Source: a virus
Reading direction: 5' to 3' (one strand)
DNA length: 64,000 nt
IMG/VR virus record: IMGVR_UViG_3300046463_001154
Coordinates: 1 to 64,000 of that record
The translations under genes were made by a program, and so were the position numbers. This document shows, piece after piece, positions 37,521 through 47,059 of this stretch. The notes beneath the pieces are model-generated. The model was given only the letters and a program-made list of their open reading frames with translations. It searched no databases and was not told where the DNA came from. The stretch's first letter is position 1, and each line of letters begins with the position of its first letter.

Positions 37521-39083
37521 TTGGAACTGCAAATCAGCAAAATCGGTCTGGTCGACAACAGTCGGACCGAGGTGACACTTACGCATCAGGGACAAAGTAT
37601 CGATTGGAATATTTCGGAATTCAAAGGCATAATTAAGGATCTCGAATATGACATCTTCGAGCAGATCAACGCGTTCTGGAAGCATCTGCCGATGGAGCGG
37701 CAGAACGAGATTTTTGCGATCTACCGTCAGCTGAAGGACGTGTTCGGGATGTACTACGGCACGAGCCAACTGACCCTCTATTTGTACGAATTGGTGGCCA
37801 AGCTTTACCAGCTGCACGAGCTCGAAGACGTCAAGCACTGGATCGACTTCCGCGCGAACATCTACTACCCGGCTGACCTCAAAGAGCATTTCGTCATGCA
37901 CGAGATGCCGGGCACGCGTGAAGGCACGTATCTCCGTGAAGACTACGGTTGGCTTATCGCAATCTCTGTCGCGCTGCGCGTGATTTTCCCGATCTGGGGC
38001 GAATTCATCGCGCAAGTGAAGGAAGAGTGCGGGACTAACTGGAAAGAGTTTCACGCGTATCAACTGCTGTCGCAAACGCGCATGGCGCAATCGCCGCACA
38101 TGGAGCGGCTGCGCACGTACGTTGAGTCGATGATCCCGAGCGATCCCAAGAAGATGGATGTCGCCAATAGTGCGCACATTTTCAAGGGCATTAGCGTCGA
38201 AGACTTTCCTGCGTTGATCATGGGTCAGGTGCTCGTTCGCAAGCTCGCCTTTGGCGACGTGCGCGGCGTGGATCCGAACTCGCACTTGGTGAGCCGCATC
38301 TTCAACTTCATCAAGTACAAGACGCGCGGCGGTTCCGATAGCGGTTTCAGCGGAATCGTGAAAGAAAAGAAAGTCGAGGGTCAGAACCAAGACACCGAGA
38401 ACCAGCAGTCGAAACTCGAAAGCTGCAAGGTTAAGTTGCCCGTTGCGGAAGGCAAGATCGCGCCCATCCGCATGTATGCGCGCGACATGCGTCACATCGT
38501 CAAGCAGATTGCCCCGGACATGCCGCCGGAGTATCTGGAGATGTCGTTCGAATCCGTGAAAGCGCTCGAGAACGAGATCCATTTCAAGCCGCAGACTCTG
38601 CTCGTGATGTACGCGCTCCGGAGTCAAAAGCAGCTACAACCGCGTGGTATCCATCACCTGAAGATCTCCTCCAAGCTTCAGGCGGTCGCTGCTGCGCAAG
38701 CCATTTATTGGCACAAGGGCTATCCCGAGCTCGCCGGCCTCGTGAGTGCAATCGCACGATCGAACGAGGACGTGATGCATCTGACGAGTACCGATTCGAA
38801 GGCGAAAATCCCCACGCCGATGATCGAGCAACTCGCAGCGCTCTACAAGCATCCGCGGCGTCAGCCCGGTAAGCAAAAAGCACCCCGACTTCCGACCTCT
38901 GCCGAGATCGCGATTGACCTTGTCTCGAAGCAGCTGAGCGAGCACGACTGGCGACTCACGTTGCCTGCCGAATGGGTTGGTCAACTCACTGGTAACCAGC
39001 ACGACCGTTTCTACGCCGTGCCCGGCAACATCAAAATTAAACTTGCGCAACTATCAATTGCGCTCGCATCAAGGAGTTTCTAA
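37521..39083 (+). CDS. nvRNAP promoter-specificity (sigma-like) subunit, phiKZ gp68-like, 520 aa
   Basis: Size and synteny; TYLREDY..L...LRVIFPIWGEFI motif; TTG start with AGGAG RBS. Confidence 0.8.
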   Translation: MELQISKIGLVDNSRTEVTLTHQGQSIDWNISEFKGIIKDLEYDIFEQINAFWKHLPMERQNEIFAIYRQLKDVFGMYYGTSQLTLYLYELVAKLYQLHELEDVKHWIDFRANIYYPADLKEHFVMHEMPGTREGTYLREDYGWLIAISVALRVIFPIWGEFIAQVKEECGTNWKEFHAYQLLSQTRMAQSPHMERLRTYVESMIPSDPKKMDVANSAHIFKGISVEDFPALIMGQVLVRKLAFGDVRGVDPNSHLVSRIFNFIKYKTRGGSDSGFSGIVKEKKVEGQNQDTENQQSKLESCKVKLPVAEGKIAPIRMYARDMRHIVKQIAPDMPPEYLEMSFESVKALENEIHFKPQTLLVMYALRSQKQLQPRGIHHLKISSKLQAVAAAQAIYWHKGYPELAGLVSAIARSNEDVMHLTSTDSKAKIPTPMIEQLAALYKHPRRQPGKQKAPRLPTSAEIAIDLVSKQLSEHDWRLTLPAEWVGQLTGNQHDRFYAVPGNIKIKLAQLSIALASRSF

Positions 39084-39085
39084 TA

Positions 39086-40594
39086 ATGAACGCATCCGCC
39101 CGCATGCACGTCAAACGCCTGTTCCTGATGGAGACCGGCACCTACAACACGCAGTATCGTCGTCCTTACGAGACGAACCTTCAGGGCCATACGCTCAACC
39201 AGCTCGGTGAGGCGCTGGCTGGTACGCAGAAGTACACGCCGGCGCTGTTGGCAGGTGTGGCGAATCAGGTGATCGCGCCGTCGGCCACGGCCGAACAAGC
39301 GGCCGGCATTGTGAACGGCTGGAACGAGCGCCGCATGCGTTTCATGATGGAAGTGGAAACGAAGTTTATGGCGGGCGGCACGTCCACGAGCATCATCTTG
39401 GGCTACACGAACTATCCCGGCGTGATCTTCCAGACGCGGGCTATTGACCCGAGAATGGAATTCTTCGTGAACTCCATCGTCACCGTTCGCACCACGCTCG
39501 AACATACGCCGTTCGGAAATCAGGCGTACACGAATGTCGCCGAGAATGCACACGTACTCGTGGACCCGTCATTCATCGACGCTTACACACCGAACCGGAC
39601 TCACCGCATGCGTCCGGAAGATGTGTACTCGACGATGCAGCTGAACCATCTTTCCGGCCTGGGCGATGTGGTCGATTGCCGTACGGTGTTGTCGGGAACC
39701 CCCGTCGCGTCACGTCGGGGCAACAACCTCGCAGCGGACTACGCAGCGAGCCTCCTCGACAACTACAAGAAGGCGACCGTGGACAACGCGTTCGGCGTGC
39801 AGCAAGAAACCGATGTGCTGGAGACCGCACGCGGCTTTGCGCAAGAACAGCCGCTCGGCTACAACTCGTTCTTTTCGGCGATGACCAAGTTCCGGGACGG
39901 CGTCGTGTCGAACTTCTTCACGTGGCAAGATCTGCAGCGCTTCGATCCGAATGTCGACAACGTGACGGTCGTCGCGGCAACTGGGCAAACGAACCACGCG
40001 GCACCGGCGCTGGGTGAGGTGCACGTCGCAGGCTCCGGCATGTCGCAGGATTGGGGCGGATCGGATCGCCTCACGCAAGTAGCGACCATTCTCAGCCAGG
40101 CAGTTCCGGCATTGATGATGGAGCTCACGTTGACGCAGATCGCGTTCACCACGACCAACCGTCGGGTATTGGCCGGCGCGATGCACACGGGTCTTTCGCT
40201 GGATTCCAGTTCTCCGGTTAATACGGTCATCGGCAATGCGGAGGGTTTCAGCTCGAACGACCTGGGTCCGTATCTGCAGCACTTCATCGTGAAGCTCGAG
40301 CACATGGTCCTGAACGACATCTCGTTCAAGAATGCCGTCGACTTCTACATCGAAATGCGTGCCGACCTGCTGGGCGAGACATGGATCAAGATTTCGCTCG
40401 ACGGAGGTCCGCTGATCGATTACGTAACGCCGAGCTTCGCGGACGCCCTGATGGTGCCCGTCATCACGAACAACGAGAACCTCAACATGCAGCTCTCACG
40501 CGACTTCGAACAGGTGTTCCATCACCTGAACGACCACGCCGGGATGCCCGGAACGTCGGAAGGACTCGCAACGCCGCAGTTCGGTCTCATCTAA
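39086..40594 (+). CDS. picA: Phage nuclear import factor PicA/Imp1 (phiKZ gp69-like), 502 aa
   Basis: Follows gp68; TGTY..QYRRPY, IVNGWNERRMRF, ILGYT, RPEDV and C-terminal PSFADAL..P motifs. Confidence 0.78.
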   Translation: MNASARMHVKRLFLMETGTYNTQYRRPYETNLQGHTLNQLGEALAGTQKYTPALLAGVANQVIAPSATAEQAAGIVNGWNERRMRFMMEVETKFMAGGTSTSIILGYTNYPGVIFQTRAIDPRMEFFVNSIVTVRTTLEHTPFGNQAYTNVAENAHVLVDPSFIDAYTPNRTHRMRPEDVYSTMQLNHLSGLGDVVDCRTVLSGTPVASRRGNNLAADYAASLLDNYKKATVDNAFGVQQETDVLETARGFAQEQPLGYNSFFSAMTKFRDGVVSNFFTWQDLQRFDPNVDNVTVVAATGQTNHAAPALGEVHVAGSGMSQDWGGSDRLTQVATILSQAVPALMMELTLTQIAFTTTNRRVLAGAMHTGLSLDSSSPVNTVIGNAEGFSSNDLGPYLQHFIVKLEHMVLNDISFKNAVDFYIEMRADLLGETWIKISLDGGPLIDYVTPSFADALMVPVITNNENLNMQLSRDFEQVFHHLNDHAGMPGTSEGLATPQFGLI

Positions 40595-40630
40595 CAAGGA
40601 AGGGGCTCGCCAACGAGCCCTGAATAAACC

Positions 40631-42142
40631 ATGACAAGTCCCAATCTGATCGATCTGTACAAGTGGCTCATGCAGACCGCGAACCTGGTCGTCACAAGCG
40701 ACAACCTGGTGTCCGGGAAGCTCATGAAGCAGGCGATGCCTGTTCTGATCAAGGGCAAGCGTCTCGCGCTGCCGACGCCGGAGCACCTCGCGAATCCGGA
40801 CAAGAGCCAGATCGTACTGTTCCACCCGCTGGCAGAATCGATCACGCGCGGCGAATCCGAAGTGCTCGAGAAGTTCCGGGCACTGCTGATGGTGCGCTTC
40901 AACTTGGTCGCGGCCGAGCTGATGCTGCAATTGATCTCCATCGCAATCTCGACGGACCTGCACGCGCAGCTTGCACCCGATCAGTCGGAATTCCTGTCGA
41001 AGGTGAAGAACGCCGATGACAAGACCTACGACTTGTTCAAGAAGGTGCTGGCAGCAATGCCGTCCGATCAGACCGCGCGTCGCATCATCACCATCTTCCT
41101 CAAGAAGACGGGCTCGGTCGGCGGAAAGCGTCACAAGCGTGTCGGTGTCGTGACCTTCCCGCTGTATCAGGAACTCAAGAAAGACGGCAACGACATCTAC
41201 GGTATCAAGTGCCGCGTGAAGGACAAGGAGACGCTGGTCGCACTGATGGAATTCATGTTCCCTCAGATCGACGTCGAAGGTTCATATCACCGTGGATCGG
41301 ATTCGGACGTAGCACCGAACCTGGATGCGCTGATGCAGGCTTCGCTCGCCGTGATTGCGCCGTTGAACGACTTGACGACCACTTTCGAGAATCAGCTCGG
41401 TGACGAAACCAACCCGGGATCTGACCTGATGATCAACTGCGAGTGGGAGCGCACCTTCGACAACCTGGGCGTGATGCTGTCGGAAATCCGCAAGGTTCCG
41501 ATGCAAGCGGGCAACGAGGGATCGTCGGGCGAACCGCCGGTGACCACGCAACCCGCAGCTGCGACGGTGCCTGCTTCGTATCCGCAACCGACGCAATCTG
41601 CAGCACCTGCTCCGGTCGTGCATGCTGCGCCGGCACCGGCACCTGCCCCCGTTGCCGCACCGATCGCAGCACAGCCGGTCGCCACCACGCCTGTGAACCG
41701 TCAGCCTCTCGACGGATTCCTCGCTCAGCGCGAAGTAGAACGCATGATGCATCAGCAACATCAGCAAGCGTGGATGGCAGCAACGCATCAGGCTCCGGTT
41801 TCACCGCCACCGCATCAGCCGGTCTATCAACAGCCGACCGTTACGAATGGCTTCTACCCGAACGCAGCGATGCAACCCCCTGTACCGCAGCAGCAGCAGC
41901 CGCACATCGTGCACACGGGTCGTGGGCTGGACTTCAACTCGGTGTTGGCCTCGAATCCGTCCGTTGCCTATGCGACCGGTGGTTATCCGGCCCAGCATCA
42001 GCAAGTCCCCGCTCAGCCGCAAGGGTCGCGTTGGGCACAGCAACAGAGCCAGCCGATGTATCCGCAGCAACCGGCGTATCCGCAGCAAGGGTACCCGCAG
42101 CAAGGGGGTTACTTCCCGCCCCAGAATGGCCGCTTGGTCTAA
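40631..42142 (+). CDS. phiKZ gp70-like protein with a long Pro/Gln/Ala low-complexity tail, 503 aa
   Basis: KRLALPT...FHPLAESITRGESEV motif; synteny; YPQQ repeats at the C-terminus. Confidence 0.75.
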   Translation: MTSPNLIDLYKWLMQTANLVVTSDNLVSGKLMKQAMPVLIKGKRLALPTPEHLANPDKSQIVLFHPLAESITRGESEVLEKFRALLMVRFNLVAAELMLQLISIAISTDLHAQLAPDQSEFLSKVKNADDKTYDLFKKVLAAMPSDQTARRIITIFLKKTGSVGGKRHKRVGVVTFPLYQELKKDGNDIYGIKCRVKDKETLVALMEFMFPQIDVEGSYHRGSDSDVAPNLDALMQASLAVIAPLNDLTTTFENQLGDETNPGSDLMINCEWERTFDNLGVMLSEIRKVPMQAGNEGSSGEPPVTTQPAAATVPASYPQPTQSAAPAPVVHAAPAPAPAPVAAPIAAQPVATTPVNRQPLDGFLAQREVERMMHQQHQQAWMAATHQAPVSPPPHQPVYQQPTVTNGFYPNAAMQPPVPQQQQPHIVHTGRGLDFNSVLASNPSVAYATGGYPAQHQQVPAQPQGSRWAQQQSQPMYPQQPAYPQQGYPQQGGYFPPQNGRLV

Positions 42143-42152
42143 ACCGGACCTG

Positions 42153-42208
42153 ACGGCATAAGCCGGAGAAGAGAGCTCACGCCCTCTTCTCCGACTCTTT
42201 CTTTTTTT
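42153..42208 (+). terminator. Terminator with ACGGCATA 5' flank
   Basis: ACGGCATAAG, stem CGGAGAAGAG/CTCTTCTCCG, T run. Confidence 0.72.
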
Positions 42209-42211
42209 GCG

Positions 42212-42580
42212 TTACGACGTCAAGACATTGCTGGTCATGTAGGCGGAACGCAGTTGTTCGAGGACAACGTTTGACGGAATAAGTAGTTGGGTAACGCTGG
42301 CGACAAACTCCGCCGGTGATGAAAAGTTGTTCATCCGCATGGTCACCCAATGAAACTGCGGCTGCAGATTCATTACCTGCAAGAAGCCAAAGAGATCCTG
42401 ATCGTTCTGCCAGGCGGCCTGTGGGGTCACCACCATGATGCGCGTCGACTGATGTTGGCGCAGATAGGTCATGTGGTCCTCGAGCACCTGGCGAAAGCCG
42501 TCCGTGTAATAGACGGAGGGGCCGGGATCGAACATGAGGGCGTTAATCGCGTTGCTGGAAGTGCTGGAAGTCAAGGCCAT
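42212..42580 (-). CDS. Conserved small chimallivirus protein (possible LysM/T4 gp53-like fold), 122 aa
   Basis: FRQVLEDHMTYLR...DLFGFL...HWVTMRMN...LLIP; fold assignment is inference. Confidence 0.6.
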   Translation of the reverse strand: MALTSSTSSNAINALMFDPGPSVYYTDGFRQVLEDHMTYLRQHQSTRIMVVTPQAAWQNDQDLFGFLQVMNLQPQFHWVTMRMNNFSSPAEFVASVTQLLIPSNVVLEQLRSAYMTSNVLTS

Positions 42581-42604
42581 TGTTAGAAATCCGTCTCAAA
42601 AGAA

Positions 42605-42630
42605 TCACGGTTACATATCACTACTCTGAA
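42605..42630 (+). promoter_or_regulatory. Putative phage early promoter upstream of nvRNAP beta C
   Basis: tcacggtta-CATATCAC (42614-42621)-tactc-TGAA. Confidence 0.72.
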
Positions 42631-42699
42631 GCGGCGCAGCTGCTTTATCAGAGTGGAAAACACTGATAACAAATTCAAGCATCTTCACAAGGAATACGC

Positions 42700-44949
42700 A
42701 TGATGGACACCGCCAGTCTGACTGCGAGCATGAAGCCCATGGCATCCGCGATCCGTCGCTCGGGTGTGCTGTTGGAAGAACCGAATGAGCTGGACCCGGA
42801 GCTCATGAACGTTTGCGGGTTGAACCCCTGGGATGGCCATAACTCGGCAGCCCGCAAACAGATGTTTTCGTCGCACGTCGGTCAGTGTCTCGTGATCAAG
42901 GGCTCGACCGAGCGCCGCTGCCAGAGCGGTACTGAACGCGAGTTCGGCAAGTACACCTTCTCGACGAAGGTGCCGGTCGATTGCGAAGTGATCAAGGTGA
43001 TCGACCGCTATCGCGAAACGTTCGGTCAAGACACAGTGCTGAAACGCCGTCAGGACAATCCGCACAGCGTGATCATTTACGAGAACGTTCACACGAAGGA
43101 AATCGGCTGCATCAACATCACGACGCACACGTCGTACCACTCGTATTTCGGATTCCGCAACGCGATCAAGCCTGCGCTCTCCGACATCCGTGTGGGCAGC
43201 TATCTGAAGGAAGGCACGATCCTCGCTGACTCGCCGTCGGTGACGGACACGGGCGGATACAAGTACGGGCGCGAATGCAACGTCGCCTACATGAGTCATC
43301 CGGCCACCTCTGAGGACGGCATCATGATCAGTGCGGAGGTCCTCAAAGAATTCGGCTTCAAGAAGTACGAGACGCGGGTGGTGGAGTTCGGCAGCAAGGC
43401 GTATCCGCTGAACCTCTACGGCGACGAAGACAACTTCAAGGCGTTCCCGGACATCGGCGAATTTGTGCGTGAGGATGGCGTGCTGATGGCACTGCGTCCG
43501 CATGACAAAGATCCGAAGAGCTTCGACCGCGAACTGGCGATCGTCGAGCAAGGTACGTACGACCTGATGGAGATCGATCACGTCTTTGACAAGATGATTT
43601 ACGCAGACGGTGCGGGCGGACGAGTAATCGACATCCGTGTTCACCATGACACGCAGGCGAACAATTCGCCGACGCCCATTGGCATGGACGCTCAGGCAGA
43701 TCGATACGATCGGGCCCGTCGTCAGTTCTATTCGGACATCGTCTACGAATCGCGGCGCCTCGAGCGCGAGCGCAAGGAATCGCTACGCCTCACGCCCGAG
43801 TTTCATCGTCTCGTAGTTGAAGCACTGTCCGTGGTGCAGGAATCCAAGGAGCGCATCTACAAGCTGTATCGCAAGGCTCCGCTGGATGACTGGCGCATCG
43901 AGTTCACGATCGAGTACGACGTCACGCCGACGATCGGCTTCAAGCTGACCGACACGCATGGCGGTAAGGGCGTGATCTGTAACGTCGTGCCGGCGGATCA
44001 CATGCCGGTCGATGCAGACGGCAATCGTGCGGACATCGTGATGGATCCGAACTCGACGGTGTCGCGAATGAATCTTGGCCGGAAGTACGAGATCTACATC
44101 AACGCGCACTCGCGTGACGTTGCCAAGCAAATTCGCGCATGGTTCGGCATCGCGGAGAACGATCGCCAGGCTTTAGCCAAGGCGCAGGAGATCGAGGCGA
44201 CCAACAAGCCAGTGTTCGACCACGCATGGAACTACTTGATGCGCTACTACGAAATTGTGGCGCCTGTCATGCATTCGTGGTTCGACGGCGGTGCGTATCT
44301 CAAGACACGTGCTGAGCATCTGGCTCAGGTGATTCGTAACGGCATCTATCTGCATCTGCCGACGAACAATCCGCGCGAGTCCAGCGACATCGTTCGGATG
44401 CTCGAAGCCAGCTATCCGTCGACCTACGGGCCCGTGACTTACGTCGGCAACTCCGGGCGTCGCGTGACGACTAAGGTCCCGGTCCGTATTGGCAGCGTCT
44501 ACATCATCCTGCTGGAAAAGATCGCGGACGACTGGACGGCAGTCTCGTCTGGCAAGACGCAGCACTACGGCGTCCTGTCTCAGGTGACCAACGCAGACAA
44601 GCACGCCCTGCCCTACCGCGCTCAATCGATTCGTGCATGGGGTGAAGCAGAAAAGCGGATCTTGGCGTCCTATGTTGGACCGCGTGCATCGGCCGAGGTC
44701 ATGGACCGCAACAACAACCCGCAAACGCACGAGATGGTGTGCAACGCGATTCTCGATGCCGACCAACCGACCAACATCCACAGCGCCGTGGATCGCTCGG
44801 TCATTCCGTATGGCAACTCTCGTCCGTTGCAGCTGGTGAAGCACATCCTCGCGTGTGCGGGCGTCCAGTTCGTCTATCGACCCTACTCACCCCCCTGGAA
44901 AGGGCGGAGCGGGAACCTGGCACAAGAGCAAGCAGCACTCAATCATTGA
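42700..44949 (+). CDS. Non-virion RNA polymerase beta C-terminal subunit (phiKZ gp71-73-like), uninterrupted, 749 aa
   Basis: SAARKQM, SEDG, GFKLTDTHGGKGV, DIVMDPNSTVSRMNLG, LLEK and RAWGEAE motifs. Confidence 0.95.
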   Translation: MMDTASLTASMKPMASAIRRSGVLLEEPNELDPELMNVCGLNPWDGHNSAARKQMFSSHVGQCLVIKGSTERRCQSGTEREFGKYTFSTKVPVDCEVIKVIDRYRETFGQDTVLKRRQDNPHSVIIYENVHTKEIGCINITTHTSYHSYFGFRNAIKPALSDIRVGSYLKEGTILADSPSVTDTGGYKYGRECNVAYMSHPATSEDGIMISAEVLKEFGFKKYETRVVEFGSKAYPLNLYGDEDNFKAFPDIGEFVREDGVLMALRPHDKDPKSFDRELAIVEQGTYDLMEIDHVFDKMIYADGAGGRVIDIRVHHDTQANNSPTPIGMDAQADRYDRARRQFYSDIVYESRRLERERKESLRLTPEFHRLVVEALSVVQESKERIYKLYRKAPLDDWRIEFTIEYDVTPTIGFKLTDTHGGKGVICNVVPADHMPVDADGNRADIVMDPNSTVSRMNLGRKYEIYINAHSRDVAKQIRAWFGIAENDRQALAKAQEIEATNKPVFDHAWNYLMRYYEIVAPVMHSWFDGGAYLKTRAEHLAQVIRNGIYLHLPTNNPRESSDIVRMLEASYPSTYGPVTYVGNSGRRVTTKVPVRIGSVYIILLEKIADDWTAVSSGKTQHYGVLSQVTNADKHALPYRAQSIRAWGEAEKRILASYVGPRASAEVMDRNNNPQTHEMVCNAILDADQPTNIHSAVDRSVIPYGNSRPLQLVKHILACAGVQFVYRPYSPPWKGRSGNLAQEQAALNH

Positions 44950-44999
44950 AGACGATGTCCGGCCAGCGCATCGGCCGGACAGCTTAACAAGGAAAACAA

Positions 45000-46991
45000 A
45001 TGAGACGCATCAGCGCGCGAACTCTCATCGGCACGAGCACAGAAGAACTGTGGAACTCGCTGTGGGGGTCGTTCATCTGTGTGTTCGACGACGGGGAAAT
45101 GGAAGTCGACTTTCGGTCGACCATCTATAGCTCGTATGTTTGGCAGTTCCATCGCGAGTTTCCCCGGACTCCGGTGTTGAAGAAGCATCACGTTCTCTCG
45201 GTGCTGGGGGACAAGCGCCTAGGCTCCAACACTCACCTGGATCTTCTCGCCAGCGTGGTGTGGGATACGTTCGACGCCTATCAGGGCGATCCGGCAGTCA
45301 CACTCGATCGACTGGCGAAGCGCACGTACGAGATCACGAACGAGATGTACAACGAACTCTCGTATCGACTCGAAGAGTACGTGGTGTCGCTCGACATTAC
45401 CGACTTCATCGAAGTGCTCGACCATCCGAAGATCATCGAGGCGAAGAAGCCGTTGTTCTCTGTGCCACTGGAAAAGGTCACCGACAAGATGCTCGAGGAC
45501 AGCTATCAGGCAGTCGGTGCAGTCATCAAGGGCGGCGTCGAGTTGAAGAAGAATCCGCTCGCACTCGCAGCACGTGCAGGTACGGTGAAGTTCGACCAGT
45601 TGCTCCAGTGCGTCTCCGCTCGCGGGCGCGTCACGGAAATCGACTCGAACGTCTTCGAACTGCCGATCTTGCGCAGCTACACCGAAGGCTATCGGAACTT
45701 CCGCGACTCGCTGGTCGAATCGCGTTCGGCCGCGAAATCCTTGATCTTCTCGAAGGCACCGTTGCAGCAGGCCGAGTACTTCTCGCGTCGTCTGCAGCTC
45801 ATGTCGATGAACGTGCAGAACTTGCACAAGGGCGACTGCGGGACGACCAAGTACCTGAAGTGGCCGATGCGCAAGTCGGATCTCGGTCGTCTGGCCGGCA
45901 AGTTCTATCTGGACGAAAAGGAGAACAAGCTCAAGATCATCCGGAGGAAAGACGAGCACCTCGTCGGCAAGACGGTTCGGATTCGCTCCGTGATGCGATG
46001 CGCCCATCCCGACCCGGTCGGTGTGTGTTCGACGTGCTTTGGCGAACTCGCCAACTCGGTACCGGACTTCACGAATATCGGTCACATGTGCTGCATGTTG
46101 TTGACTGAGAAGTCGTCGCAGTCGGTGTTGTCGGTCAAACACTTGGATAGCTCCGCATCGATCGAGGCAATCGTCTTGCGGGACGCGGACAAGCTGTACC
46201 TGAAGGTTGGGTCGGACGACAACTCGTATCTGATGGCAGATCGGCTGAAGGACATGCCTGTGAAGCTCGTGATTGCGGCGGAATCGGCGCCGAATCTGAA
46301 CGACGTGAACGAGATCGACGACCCGGACAACCTCAACATCGCGCGCTTCTCCGAGCTCGAGAAAGTTGGGCTGCTGGTTGGCGAATACGGTCAGGCCGAA
46401 GGTCTAGACATCCTGACGGAGGTGAGTGGTCGCAAGGCTTCGATGACGCACTCGCTCTTGCATCACATCCGCCGCGTTGGCTGGGATCTCGATCCGGACA
46501 CTGGGAATTACGTCATCGATATGAGGGATTGGGACTGGTCGCTGCCGATTCTGGCGCTTCCCCTCAAGCACTTCAACATGTCGGACCACTCGCGGGACAT
46601 CGCGAAGATGTTGGAGTCGAGCGTCAAGATGATGCAAGACCGGGATACGAACGTCCGGGCGGATGACGCCTTGATCGAACTGTACGACCTGGTCAACAGC
46701 AAGCTTGACGTGAACCTCACGGTGCTTGATGTCGTTCTCTACGAAGCGATGATTGTTTCGGCGGAGGACGGAGACTACAGCTTGCCGAAGCCATGGACTG
46801 ATGAAGGTCTCGGCGTGATGTCGCTTTCGATGTTGCATCGATCGGGTGCCCAAACGATGGCCTTCGAAGACCATCGTGAATTCATCACCGATCCGGTGAG
46901 CTACATCAACACTAACCGGATGGACCACCCGTTTGACGTCGCGCTCTGTCCGCGCGAAGTCTTCGAGCATCTGGAGCGTGGCAGCGCATAA
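45000..46991 (+). CDS. Non-virion RNA polymerase beta' C-terminal subunit (phiKZ gp74-like), 663 aa
   Basis: ESRSAAKSL, bridge helix EYFSRRLQL, DCGT, RS...C...GVCSTCFG, trigger loop SQSVLSVKH. Confidence 0.93.
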   Translation: MRRISARTLIGTSTEELWNSLWGSFICVFDDGEMEVDFRSTIYSSYVWQFHREFPRTPVLKKHHVLSVLGDKRLGSNTHLDLLASVVWDTFDAYQGDPAVTLDRLAKRTYEITNEMYNELSYRLEEYVVSLDITDFIEVLDHPKIIEAKKPLFSVPLEKVTDKMLEDSYQAVGAVIKGGVELKKNPLALAARAGTVKFDQLLQCVSARGRVTEIDSNVFELPILRSYTEGYRNFRDSLVESRSAAKSLIFSKAPLQQAEYFSRRLQLMSMNVQNLHKGDCGTTKYLKWPMRKSDLGRLAGKFYLDEKENKLKIIRRKDEHLVGKTVRIRSVMRCAHPDPVGVCSTCFGELANSVPDFTNIGHMCCMLLTEKSSQSVLSVKHLDSSASIEAIVLRDADKLYLKVGSDDNSYLMADRLKDMPVKLVIAAESAPNLNDVNEIDDPDNLNIARFSELEKVGLLVGEYGQAEGLDILTEVSGRKASMTHSLLHHIRRVGWDLDPDTGNYVIDMRDWDWSLPILALPLKHFNMSDHSRDIAKMLESSVKMMQDRDTNVRADDALIELYDLVNSKLDVNLTVLDVVLYEAMIVSAEDGDYSLPKPWTDEGLGVMSLSMLHRSGAQTMAFEDHREFITDPVSYINTNRMDHPFDVALCPREVFEHLERGSA

Positions 46992-47059
46992 GCATCGTGG
47001 TGCGGGGGATTGCAACCGTCCGCTCAATCCCCTTCCTCCCGTTCTATGCAGGTTTGATT

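Noticed and set aside
41283-41290. CATATCAC inside the gp70-like gene
   Set aside because: Intragenic and lacks the N5-TGAA element
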